This document shows, piece after piece, positions 1 to 8,301 of a stretch of 24,000 nt of DNA. The DNA lies in NCBI RefSeq assembly GCF_017874615.1, contig NZ_JAGIKV010000015.1, positions 63,890 to 87,889 of the forward strand, in the 5' to 3' direction. The position numbers and the translations under genes were made by a program. The DNA comes from Paenibacillus xylanexedens. GTDB lineage: Bacteria; Bacillota; Bacilli; Paenibacillales; Paenibacillaceae. The stretch's first letter is position 1, and every line of letters begins with the position of its first letter. The notes beneath the pieces are model-generated. The model saw only the letters and a program-made list of their open reading frames with translations, ran no database searches and was not told the origin of the DNA.

Positions 1-319
1 GGAAGCGAATCGGATTGAAGGTTTTGTTCAGATCAAAATATTCCCGCTTGAAGTCTTCCATGTCATCCGTCCAGTCGATGTCATCGCGCGACCAATCGCC
101 ATCTTCGTCGCTCAGCGCCCAAGATTCCACGAGGCCAAGCTGGGAATACGGCCCCCAGTGCATCATCAGCCCCAGCTTCTGATCCTTGAACCACTCCAAC
201 CGCTCATTCAGCAGCGGGTCCTCCGGTTTGATCCACTCGTCCTCTTTGCTAAAATTGTGCACGCCGGCTTCGACAATCTGCTCTTCCTGCTCCAGTACGG
301 TTTCTTTGGTTTCGCTCAT
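1..319 (-). CDS. alpha-L-fucosidase, GH29 family (N-terminal ~106 codons; the rest lies beyond the window edge)
   Basis: Absent from the ORF track because it is truncated. Reverse translation from ATG (rc of 317-319) gives MSETKETVLEQEEQIVEAGVHNFSKEDEWIKPEDPLLNERLEWFKDQKLGLMMHWGPYSQLGLVESWALSDEDGDW... The WF-x-D-x-K-x-G-x-x-x-HWG block is the usual GH29 N-terminal motif. A GAGGAG Shine-Dalgarno (rc of 330-335) lies about 10 nt upstream. Confidence 0.8.
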   Translation of the reverse strand, partial: MSETKETVLEQEEQIVEAGVHNFSKEDEWIKPEDPLLNERLEWFKDQKLGLMMHWGPYSQLGLVESWALSDEDGDWSRDDIDWTDDMEDFKREYFDLNKTFNPIRF

Positions 320-398
320 TCTGTTTCATCTCCTCTGGATTAGATGTCATACGCTGAACACATAGGTTTACACTCGGCCACTGCGCGGTCAGAATAAT

Positions 399-506
399 CT
401 TCCGATCGCTGTTATCCCCAGATTTTTTTGATTATTTCCCTAGAGGGGAAATCCGGGGATAAAGGCGAGCGCTTCGCTTCTTCAGATTTCTTCTGCCCTC
501 TCCGTT
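399..506. repeat. Interspersed palindromic repeat, family A, copy 1
   Basis: Starts CTTCCGATCGCTGTTATCCCCAGATTT and ends CGCTTCTTCAGATTTCTTCTGCCCTCTCCGTT. The outer arms TTATCCCCAGATTT / AAATCCGGGGATAA are near-complementary. The inner hairpin is TTTCCC-TAGA-GGGGAAA. Related copies lie at 2503-2613 and 18623-18721. Confidence 0.8.
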
Positions 507-562
507 ATCGTGTAAATGTTTAATTCAACTAAGAAGGACATCGCAAATCCTGTCATTTTTAG

Positions 563-904
563 TGTGACTATTAAGGGGCTTAGTAACTCTGTTATTTCGA
601 TTGCAGTGCCATCTTCAATTACCATGGAACCCCATATTCCCCTCGTTTCTATAGTGAAATCCAGGAGCAGAGAGTGTGTACTGCGTTGTTTTGGATTGGT
701 TTTGCGTTCTCCGTTTTGGCGTAAACGCTTAGTTTAACTGTGAGGGGCACAGTAATTCTGTTATTTCGAGTGCGGTGCCCTCTCCCAGTCACTATGGAGC
801 CCCATATTCAATCGTTTCTATAGGGAAATTCCAAGGGTAGTGAGAGTGCGATTCGTTACTTTAGATTGGTTCTGCACTCTCCGTTTTGGAGTAAACGGTA
901 AGTC
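563..904. repeat. Tandem duplication, two ~169-bp units (family B)
   Basis: Unit 1 (563-735) and unit 2 (733-904) align over their full length, for example GGGGCTTAGTAACTCTGTTATTTCGATTGCAGTGCC versus GGGGCACAGTAATTCTGTTATTTCGAGTGCGGTGCC. Both end in TTCTGC-N-CTCTCCGTTTTGG-N-GTAAACG. GGGGC sits at 575 and 744, giving a period of 169. Confidence 0.85.
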
Positions 905-1020
905 TTCTATAGGGTGTGTCTTCAACTTCAGTTCAGGGAAGATATACGATGATGGATGTCGGCGTTTAAAGCGTCTTAAAATACAGGCCAGTTTATCCTG
1001 GTGAATAGGTAAAGTTTTTT

Positions 1021-1217
1021 CTAAGGAACACAGGGCGTCTTATTTAGCCTTTTGGTCCTCTTTTTAAATTGTAAGGAACATCAGACACGTTATTTTCCGA
1101 AATTAGCTGGTTAAAACGCTGTAAACTGCTGTTTATTCTCATATAGCGTGTGTCAGGTTCCTTAGATTTCTACTGGAGCTTCAGCTCCTTAAATAAGACG
1201 CCTCAGATTCGTTAGCG
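1021..1217. repeat. Nested inverted-repeat element (family C; MITE-like or long-hairpin element)
   Basis: There are four copies of a ~26-nt motif arranged as two direct then two inverted. They are CTAAGGAACACAGGGCGTCTTATTTAG (1021), GTAAGGAACATCAGACACGTTATTT (1070), rc-oriented ATAGCGTGTGTCAGGTTCCTTAG (1143-1165) and TTAAATAAGACGCCTCAGATTCGTTAG (1189-1215). Outer pairs with outer and inner with inner. A GGAGC-TTCA-GCTCC hairpin lies at 1175-1188. Confidence 0.7.
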
Positions 1218-1376
1218 CTTGCTCCCTACTCTGCTCCATCGGAGAGCGGGAAGGACGAATCCATACCCGCCCGGAGCGGACCTTTTCATTGAAAAGGAGC
1301 GAAGTGCTCATAACTTTTAATGCTACGGGAGTAGTAAAGTATAAAAGTAGAGCATCCCCTTAATGCAATGCCCCTT

Positions 1377-2435
1377 TTACAGTGTGATTTCGCGGCCTTG
1401 TCGGGCTGATTCGTAGATGGCGCAGAGCATCTTCATTACCTCGACGCCGTCTTCGACGGGGCTGAGAGTTTCTTTGCGTCCCTGCGTGCTGTCGATAAAA
1501 TGGTTGATTTCATTGCGGAACGAGCCCATAAAATCGAATGATTTGAAATCCACCTGTGGAGTCATGTTCAAAATGGTGTTGAATTTCTCGCCAATGATCG
1601 AAAATTCCGGCTCCAGCTCTGCGCCGCCTTTATCGCCATATAGCTTGACCGAAGTCTCATCCGCTTTAGCATGGAGCGTGAAGCTGACATCGACGAGCAG
1701 GCTTGCGCCATTCTCGAAACGAATCAAGGCATTCGCCATATCCTCAACGGTATTCTGCTCCGCGTCATAATCGGCTGCTTTGTAGAACGATAGATTGTTA
1801 ATGTTCGAGCGGTTCCCTAATCGGTTGGACACGTTAGCGGAGACGGATTTCACCTTCGGTCTGCCCATCAGATACCAGCAAATGTCGATTACATGCACCC
1901 CGATATCGATCAGCGGGCCACCTCCGGAACGGTTAATATCCGAGAACCAGCCGCCCGGATTGCCCAGACGACGCAGACTGGAGGCTTTGGCATAATAGAT
2001 CTCGCCTAGTTCACCTTCGTCGATAAACTTCTTCAGAATCTGTGCATTGTCGCTATAGCGGCGAACAAAACCAACTTGCAGCAGCTTTCCGCTGCGATGA
2101 ACGGCCTTCTCTACTTCGAGCGCATCCTCCACCGTTTGGCAGAGTGGTTTCTCACACAGCACGTTTTTGCCCGCGTCCAGAGCAGCAATACTAATCTCCG
2201 CATGGGAGTCGTTCCATGTACAGATGCTGACGGAATGGATCTCGGGCAGTGCGAGTAATTCCTTATAATCGGTAAACACATGAGGTGCATTATATTGCTT
2301 CGCGACTTCTGCGGCACGTTCTGCATTCAGGTCGCAGATAGCGTATATTTCAACGTCCGGGTTACTCGCGTAGGCTTGCAAATGGCAATCGGATATTGAT
2401 CCGGCACCGATAACGGCGACTTTCAATTTGGACAT
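1377..2435 (-). CDS. Gfo/Idh/MocA family NAD(P)-dependent oxidoreductase
   Basis: 352-aa ORF. It has an N-terminal Rossmann motif (KVAVIGAGSISDCH), the EKP motif (VLCEKPL) and the GGGPLIDIGVH block typical of the family. A TGGAGGAA RBS lies upstream of the ATG. Confidence 0.9.
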   Translation of the reverse strand: MSKLKVAVIGAGSISDCHLQAYASNPDVEIYAICDLNAERAAEVAKQYNAPHVFTDYKELLALPEIHSVSICTWNDSHAEISIAALDAGKNVLCEKPLCQTVEDALEVEKAVHRSGKLLQVGFVRRYSDNAQILKKFIDEGELGEIYYAKASSLRRLGNPGGWFSDINRSGGGPLIDIGVHVIDICWYLMGRPKVKSVSANVSNRLGNRSNINNLSFYKAADYDAEQNTVEDMANALIRFENGASLLVDVSFTLHAKADETSVKLYGDKGGAELEPEFSIIGEKFNTILNMTPQVDFKSFDFMGSFRNEINHFIDSTQGRKETLSPVEDGVEVMKMLCAIYESARQGREITL

Positions 2436-2502
2436 AGTGCTGATTCCTCCATAAATAAAATAATTAACGTCCAGCAGGTAGACGTTCCGGTTGCGAATCG
2501 TT

Positions 2503-2613
2503 CTTCCGATCGCTCTTATCCCTAGATTTCTTCAATCCCCTTTTTGTAAAGGGGAAATCCGGTGATAAAGGCGAACTCTTCGTTTCTTCAGAATCGATTT
2601 CGCCCCCTCCACT
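2503..2613. repeat. Interspersed palindromic repeat, family A, copy 2
   Basis: CTTCCGATCGCTCTTATCCCTAGATTT ... GGGGAAATCCGGTGATAAAGGCGAACTCTTCGTTTCTTCAGAATCGATTTCGCCCCCTCC. The inner hairpin is CCCCTTT-TTGT-AAAGGGG. It lies in the spacer between the isomerase and oxidoreductase genes. Confidence 0.8.
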
Positions 2614-2690
2614 ACTTTTTCTGACTGAACTAACTTTCTGTTTGAGCCATACGTAACAAGTCATATTTCATTTAAAACAAGCACTCAGCC

Positions 2691-3557
2691 CTATGCCTCT
2701 TCCCATAGGCGGCGGACGTTATCCATGGCAATGCGTGAGGAGGTTTTGCAATCCTCCATGCCTTCAAATTCAACCGAGATATATCCGTCATACCCGGATT
2801 GTTTCAACACACGGAACACCTCAGGCATGTCGATATCGCCATGGCCCACAATGGCACCGCGCAGGTAATTGCCGTGCGAGGTTTGGAACCAGCCTTCACT
2901 GGGATTTCGGTAGGAAGGTCTCCAGTAGAAGTCTTTGGCGTGCACGATCGACGCGTACGGAATGTTATTTTTTACGGCACTCACCGGATCTTCATCCACA
3001 CAGAGGAAATTGCCGACATCCAGTGTGGTTTTGAAGTTACTCCGCGCTGTTTCGTGTAACAAACGCTGAATTCGCTCGCTCGACTGCACATAGTACCCAT
3101 GGTTCTCGACGCTTGTTGTAATTCCAAAACCCGCTGCATAATCGGCTATGCGCTGACAAGCCTCCACCAGTACCGGCAGGTCAATCTCGAACTGTGTTAC
3201 GGTTCCCTCTGGTGCTGGGCGGAAAGCCACGTCATGACGCATCAGCTTCACGCCGAGCGCAGCAGCCACATCCACATGTCGCATCACATTCTGGATCTCA
3301 TGCTCCAACGCTTCGGCGTCCTCCTGCACAGCAAAGTTAGCGCCGATGGCATAATTGGAAATATCGATTCCGACCTCTTTTGCCACAGCTTTAATCTCAT
3401 CAATCAACTCCGGATTATCGATCAGACTGAATCCCATCGGTACAATCTCCACATGTTCCCCGCCCTGATCGGCGATCCAGCGAATGGCATCTGGTACGGT
3501 CAATTCTTTGCTATCCAATGCTTGTTGCAGACTGTAGGTGCTGAGTCCAACTTTCAT
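2691..3557 (-). CDS. sugar phosphate isomerase/epimerase (xylose-isomerase-like TIM barrel, AP_endonuc_2 family)
   Basis: 288-aa ORF with the typical start MKVGLSTYSL, an ENH block (VENHG) and VHAKD and SVEFEG motifs. GAGGATGAGGGGA RBS. Confidence 0.87.
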   Translation of the reverse strand: MKVGLSTYSLQQALDSKELTVPDAIRWIADQGGEHVEIVPMGFSLIDNPELIDEIKAVAKEVGIDISNYAIGANFAVQEDAEALEHEIQNVMRHVDVAAALGVKLMRHDVAFRPAPEGTVTQFEIDLPVLVEACQRIADYAAGFGITTSVENHGYYVQSSERIQRLLHETARSNFKTTLDVGNFLCVDEDPVSAVKNNIPYASIVHAKDFYWRPSYRNPSEGWFQTSHGNYLRGAIVGHGDIDMPEVFRVLKQSGYDGYISVEFEGMEDCKTSSRIAMDNVRRLWEEA

Positions 3558-3578
3558 TTCCCCTCATCCTCTCTTTTA

Positions 3579-3738
3579 GGACGTGTCTCAAAACTCACTG
3601 AAGTGCATCTTTTACCACCTTTTCGCCCCCTGCTGCGTCACTTTCCCTTGACGTGCCCCGGCACGCCTGCGGAAAATTTCCTTGCTTGGAACGAAAATTC
3701 GGCAAAATCTGCGTCCTTCGGAGTTTTCAGACACGCCC
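3579..3738. repeat. Long-range inverted repeat flanking ~124 bp in the GH35-isomerase spacer
   Basis: GGACGTGTCTCAAAACTC (3579-3596) versus GAGTTTTCAGACACGCCC (3721-3738) is complementary at 16 of 18 positions. The interior carries TTTCGCCCCCT, also present in family A copy 2, and a CGTGCC-CC-GGCACG palindrome. Confidence 0.65.
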
Positions 3739-3823
3739 TAGTCAATGTCCATACCCAACGTATACCTTTTTCCGGCGGACACGACAATTCTCAATAATCG
3801 TTTGACTCACCTATTTTCCTTTT

Positions 3824-5593
3824 CTAGCCCAAATCCGGTGTATCCACGAACGTTACCGCCAGATCATCCGTCTGATGAAGCTGGAATACGATGATTTCAT
3901 TCTCACCTTCATGAAGGAGCGGAGCAGGTACATACAGTGTTTTTTGCGGTCCTTTATTCCAGTAGCGACCCAGATTGAATCCGTTTACAAAAACAACCCC
4001 CTTGGTCCAGTTATCCAGTCGCAGAAAAGTATCTCTTACATCCGTGATATTAAACTCTCCTCGATAAAATGCTGGTCCCTGTACTTCATTAATTGCTTCG
4101 CTAATCACATTACTAAATTGCAAACCCGACAGATCAGTTAATGGCAGACAATGAATCGTCCAATCATATAAAAATTGAAAGCCATGTCGCACACCCTCGG
4201 TGATGCCCTTCGGATCTCTCAGGTACGGACCATAGTTGATTCGCCCCATATTTTCAACAAGGATCAATAGATCTGCGCCCTCAGGCGGCACTGCAAAGGA
4301 AACCGATAATGCCGTATTCCCCCGTTCCAGCACGCCCTGAAATTGCCCATCAACAAACACAAGCGCACGGTCACGAACCTCCTGAACCACCAGTTCCTGT
4401 CGCTCCCTGGGTCCGGATATTCGGGTCTGATAACAAATAAATCCATAATCCTGACCCAGCTTCTCCATCGTTTCCGGATTCGTACGCTGCACCGGGGCTG
4501 ATATCCGGTCCAACTGCGCCAGTAATGGCGCCTGCTGGTTCAACTCCACTCGCCCATAGCCCATAGTCCCCTTCGATTCTGGCAGCACAAGCTCACCCAG
4601 ATTTACCTCGCTATACCGAGCAATAAGATCACGTACGGTATGGAATTTCGCTGTCGGCTCCCCAGATTCACTGAGCAGTGAATCGTAGTCGTAACTTGTA
4701 ATTGTGGGTTCGTATTGATCCTTCTGTTGACAGTTCGCCCCGTTGTAAAATGCAAAGTTTGTTCCACCGTGGAACATATAAAAGTTAACCGAAGCTCCTG
4801 CTCGAAGCATCTCTTCAAACACACCAGCCACATCTGCGGCTTCCCGGGTATGATGCGACTCACCCCAGTGGTCGAACCAGCCGTTCCAATACTCCATGCA
4901 CATCAAAGGTTCATCCGCCTGATATTCACGCAGCTTGGCGAACGCTCCCTCCGTACCTGATCCAAAATTGACCGTAGCCAGATGCCCCGGCACCGATCCC
5001 GCTTGCAGCATGTGGTCTGTCGGTCCGTCCGAGGTAAATAACAACACATCCATACCGCGTTCTACCATGCCATCACGTAAATATTGCAGGTAACTCGCGT
5101 CGTTCCCGAAGCTGCCGTACTCATTTTCAATTTGTATTGCAATGATCGGTCCGCCATGGGTACTAAGAAGGGGTTTTAATTTGGGCAAAAGCACATCATA
5201 ATAACGATCCACATTCGCCAGAAATTTTGCATCATTACACCGCAGACGAATTTCATCATCGGCAAGCAGCCAGGCAGGTAATCCGCCAAACTCCCACTCG
5301 GCACATATATAAGGACTTGGGCGAACAATCACATGCAGACCCACATCTCCCGCAATGCGAATAAAACGTTCCAGATCAGCCATGCCTTCAAAACAATACT
5401 GCCCCGGCTGCGGCTCATGAACATTCCATGGCACATACGTCTCCACCGTATTGAAACCGCAGGCTTTCAGCTTAAGTAACCGATCCTCCCAATAGTCGGG
5501 GACCACTCTGAAATAATGGATGGCACCCGACAAAATCCGAATGGGCTCACCATCATACATAAATTGTGAACCTTTATACGTCAGCACCGCCAT
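3824..5593 (-). CDS. beta-galactosidase, GH35 family
   Basis: 589-aa ORF with the GH35 hallmarks GAIHYFRV, FNTVETYVPWNVHEP and QIENEYGS (acid/base Glu). A GGGGAGGG RBS is embedded in the end of the upstream gene. The start is 1 nt from the GH29 stop. Confidence 0.95.
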   Translation of the reverse strand: MAVLTYKGSQFMYDGEPIRILSGAIHYFRVVPDYWEDRLLKLKACGFNTVETYVPWNVHEPQPGQYCFEGMADLERFIRIAGDVGLHVIVRPSPYICAEWEFGGLPAWLLADDEIRLRCNDAKFLANVDRYYDVLLPKLKPLLSTHGGPIIAIQIENEYGSFGNDASYLQYLRDGMVERGMDVLLFTSDGPTDHMLQAGSVPGHLATVNFGSGTEGAFAKLREYQADEPLMCMEYWNGWFDHWGESHHTREAADVAGVFEEMLRAGASVNFYMFHGGTNFAFYNGANCQQKDQYEPTITSYDYDSLLSESGEPTAKFHTVRDLIARYSEVNLGELVLPESKGTMGYGRVELNQQAPLLAQLDRISAPVQRTNPETMEKLGQDYGFICYQTRISGPRERQELVVQEVRDRALVFVDGQFQGVLERGNTALSVSFAVPPEGADLLILVENMGRINYGPYLRDPKGITEGVRHGFQFLYDWTIHCLPLTDLSGLQFSNVISEAINEVQGPAFYRGEFNITDVRDTFLRLDNWTKGVVFVNGFNLGRYWNKGPQKTLYVPAPLLHEGENEIIVFQLHQTDDLAVTFVDTPDLG

Positions 5594-5594
5594 T

Positions 5595-7055
5595 TTACAA
5601 CCCTCCCCGCTCGCTCAGATATATGCCTAACCCGGACAACGTAGGGTACCATCTGGATTCATGAATGCTTAATCGCATCTTTCTCGATGTGACCTGTGGG
5701 AAACAGCAAATTCGCTTATACCCCACCACCGTCCCCGTGTAAAACGTTTCCCAACCACCATCTGCCCTCTGCGACTCCAGTGTAAAACGCTCAATCCGTT
5801 GGCCTGTCTGGATATATTCCATCAGCACCACCCGGTCAAATGATCTTTCTTCCTGCAAATCCAGCTCAATCCAAGCCTGCTCTGTTCCTTCGTGAGGACA
5901 CCAATACGTATCCCGGCGTTCCGTCAGCACTTCCGATACGGCATGTTGTTCATCCATCGTCTCCGATGCTTTTACCAGCGCCTGCGAGGCGAAATTTTCC
6001 TGAAAAATGGTACGCAGCGAATCTCCCAATTCCTTTAGTCGCTCGACATCCCGTTCGTGAATGAGACCACGCGTATCCGGTGGCAGATTGAGTAAAAAGG
6101 TGGCGTTGCCCCCCACTGCGCCATGATAGACGGCGAGCAGTTCTTCCAGTGTTTTGACCTCATCATCTTCACTGGCATGATAGAACCATCCTGGGCGAAT
6201 CGAGGTATTCACCTCGGCAGGGTACCAGATCAGTGGCTCACCTTGGGAACGAATGACCTCTCGGCTTCCCAAATCACTGTCCTGCGTATTGATCCTTGTG
6301 GCAAACTCACCATCATCCACCTGTTGCGATTGCTCCTGAATCTTCTCATTATCCTGCATATGCGCTGGCACAACGCTCCATTCCGATTCCCGCGTATGCC
6401 CCGCCTCATTGCCGCACCAGCGAACATCCGGGCCACATACCGAGATAACAGCTTCGGGCTGGAGCTCACGAATAAGCGCATAATATGCGTCCCAGTCATA
6501 GACCTGCCTTTTGCCATTCGGACCCTCACCACATGCACCATCGAACCATACACAGAAGATGTCGCCATAATTCGTAAGCAGCTCGCGCAACTGATGGAGG
6601 AAAAACTTGTTATACCTCTCGGAATCTCCATAAGTGGCTTCATGCCGATCCCAAGGAGACAGGTACACGCCAAACTTCAATCCACCCTCACGGCAGGCAT
6701 CGGCGACTTCCTGAACCAAATCCCCCGTACCATTCCTCCACGGACTAGCCGCGACCGTATGCGCTGTAAACTGACTGGGCCACAAACAAAATCCATCATG
6801 ATGCTTACATGTCAGAATCAGCCCCTTCATCCCCGCAGCCTTGCACGCCTGCACCCATTGCGTTGCGTTCAGTTCAGAAGGATTGAAAATCGCCGGGTCT
6901 TCCTCCCCAGTGCCCCATTCCTGATCCGTAAATGTATTTACCGTAAAATGAATAAACGCGTAGAACTCCATCTCCTGCCATCTCAGCTGGCGTTCGGATG
7001 GGCTGACCTGTGCTGCGGACTTAATCCATTCGGCTGGTTGCAGTTCATCATTCAT
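5595..7055 (-). CDS. alpha-L-fucosidase, GH29 (subfamily-B-like) with C-terminal F5/8 type C (discoidin)-like domain
   Basis: 486-aa ORF with the motifs EFYAFIHFTVNTFTDQEWGTG, LTCKHHDGFCLWPS and YLSPWDR. The C-terminal ~130 aa resembles a galactose-binding-like domain. AAAGGAGTG RBS. Confidence 0.92.
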   Translation of the reverse strand: MNDELQPAEWIKSAAQVSPSERQLRWQEMEFYAFIHFTVNTFTDQEWGTGEEDPAIFNPSELNATQWVQACKAAGMKGLILTCKHHDGFCLWPSQFTAHTVAASPWRNGTGDLVQEVADACREGGLKFGVYLSPWDRHEATYGDSERYNKFFLHQLRELLTNYGDIFCVWFDGACGEGPNGKRQVYDWDAYYALIRELQPEAVISVCGPDVRWCGNEAGHTRESEWSVVPAHMQDNEKIQEQSQQVDDGEFATRINTQDSDLGSREVIRSQGEPLIWYPAEVNTSIRPGWFYHASEDDEVKTLEELLAVYHGAVGGNATFLLNLPPDTRGLIHERDVERLKELGDSLRTIFQENFASQALVKASETMDEQHAVSEVLTERRDTYWCPHEGTEQAWIELDLQEERSFDRVVLMEYIQTGQRIERFTLESQRADGGWETFYTGTVVGYKRICCFPQVTSRKMRLSIHESRWYPTLSGLGIYLSERGGL

Positions 7056-7085
7056 GGCGTATCACTCCTTTTATTTAGCGCATCC

Positions 7086-7850
7086 CTATATCATTGGACC
7101 ACCCTTGCTTGGACCACTACTCAGTGCACTACTGTCCATGAATGGCTGTGATGCAAGCAATAACTGCTGCTTGGCTTCTTCAACCAAATGTGGATCAATG
7201 GGATAATTAAAGCTGCCTTTGTACCTCACGCCTGATCCCATATGGATTTCCGTGATACCCGTCTGACTCACTAGCGTTTGAATTCCCTCTATTGTGACCC
7301 CCGACCCTGCCATGACAGCGATGTTCAAGGTTTGCCCCAGTTCATGAAGCTGTTTCAGTTCCAATATGGCTTCAGGCGCTGTCTGTTTCCCTCCTGATGT
7401 AAGCACACGCTCCACGTTGCCCAATGTGTTAATGGCCTTGAGCGCCTCAGTCAGACTAATGCTCACATCAATTGCACGATGAAACGTAACGCCCAAACCC
7501 TGAGCTTCGGCCATACATGATTGCAAGGATAGGAGGTCCACTTCACCATCTCCCGTGAGGGCGCCGATCACGATGCCATCGACTCCAAGTTCCCTCGCCA
7601 CGCTTATATCCCGAGTCATCGCGCGGATATCATCTGTGCTATAGCGGAACGAGCGGCTATGGGGACGAATCATGACATACACCGGGATGGATACTTGGGA
7701 CACCACATGCTCCATGACGCCATAACTGGGAGTAAGCCCCCCTTCGGACATCGCAGACACCAGTTCAATCCGATCTGCCCCTCCCTCTTCAGCTGCTAGG
7801 GCATCTGCCGCATCCACAGCAATGACTTCCAATACAGGCTGTCTCTTCAT
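7086..7850 (-). CDS. cutC: CutC family protein (copper homeostasis protein CutC; TIM barrel)
   Basis: 254-aa ORF with LEVIAVDAADALAAEEGGADRIELVSAMSEGGLTPS, MIRPHSRSFRYS and FHRAIDV, all typical of CutC. AAGGGAG RBS. Confidence 0.9.
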   Translation of the reverse strand: MKRQPVLEVIAVDAADALAAEEGGADRIELVSAMSEGGLTPSYGVMEHVVSQVSIPVYVMIRPHSRSFRYSTDDIRAMTRDISVARELGVDGIVIGALTGDGEVDLLSLQSCMAEAQGLGVTFHRAIDVSISLTEALKAINTLGNVERVLTSGGKQTAPEAILELKQLHELGQTLNIAVMAGSGVTIEGIQTLVSQTGITEIHMGSGVRYKGSFNYPIDPHLVEEAKQQLLLASQPFMDSSALSSGPSKGGPMI

Positions 7851-7892
7851 AAGGTTGCTCCCTTCACTTCATCGTAGATTATTCCTGAACCG

Positions 7893-8084
7893 TTAACCCG
7901 TATCGATACACATCTCTCGAACTGCACACGGCCTAATCCATGACATAAAGGACCGACTGAACGCTTCATCAGCGCTCCTGCGGTCCTTCTTCATCATTAT
8001 TTGACGATGGTCAGCTTCCAGATTGCAATCTGCAAAGGCTGGCCGTCCTGAAACGATATATGATTTGTCGGCAATGATCTTCAT
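7893..8084 (-). CDS. hypothetical small protein (63 aa)
   Basis: The track ORF is 7893..8135. The internal ATG (rc of 8082-8084; MKIIADKSYIVSG...) is preceded by AAAGGAG at 9-nt spacing, whereas the longer start has no RBS. No family was recognised. Confidence 0.4.
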   Translation of the reverse strand: MKIIADKSYIVSGRPAFADCNLEADHRQIMMKKDRRSADEAFSRSFMSWIRPCAVREMCIDTG

Positions 8085-8238
8085 GATTGGATTCTCCTTT
8101 GGGGACCGGAATGGGCTAGCAAATAGAGAGCGCAACGGACATCATATACTTTGTTTGATGAGTTTTGTTATTTTTGTTATTTATAGTGTTATTATTTATT
8201 AGCAATAGTCTAAAACGTTAGGATCAGAACGTCAATAC

Positions 8239-8264
8239 AAAAAAAGACACCCGGAGGGTGTCTT
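8239..8264 (-). terminator. Rho-independent terminator after the small membrane-protein gene
   Basis: On the minus strand the sequence reads AGACACCC-TCCG-GGGTGTCT followed by TTTTTTT. Confidence 0.8.
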
Positions 8265-8301
8265 CATGTCTTGGATAACCTTCTGGTTATCCGAGCTTTT
8301 T

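Noticed and set aside
516-737. 73-aa plus-strand ORF in the repeat-rich spacer
   Set aside because: It lies entirely within family A/B repeat sequence, has no RBS and shows no recognisable protein features. The equivalent frame is broken in the second tandem unit.
2464-2664. 66-aa minus-strand ORF between the isomerase and oxidoreductase genes
   Set aside because: It is a translation of family A repeat copy 2. The other copies do not keep the frame open, and there is no RBS.
3099-3797. 232-aa plus-strand ORF
   Set aside because: It is antisense to the TIM-barrel isomerase gene and runs through the repeat-containing spacer. There is no supporting signal.
6123-7151. 342-aa plus-strand ORF
   Set aside because: This is an antisense shadow of the well-supported GH29 gene. 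The composition is low-complexity and R/L/P-rich, and no motifs or RBS are present.
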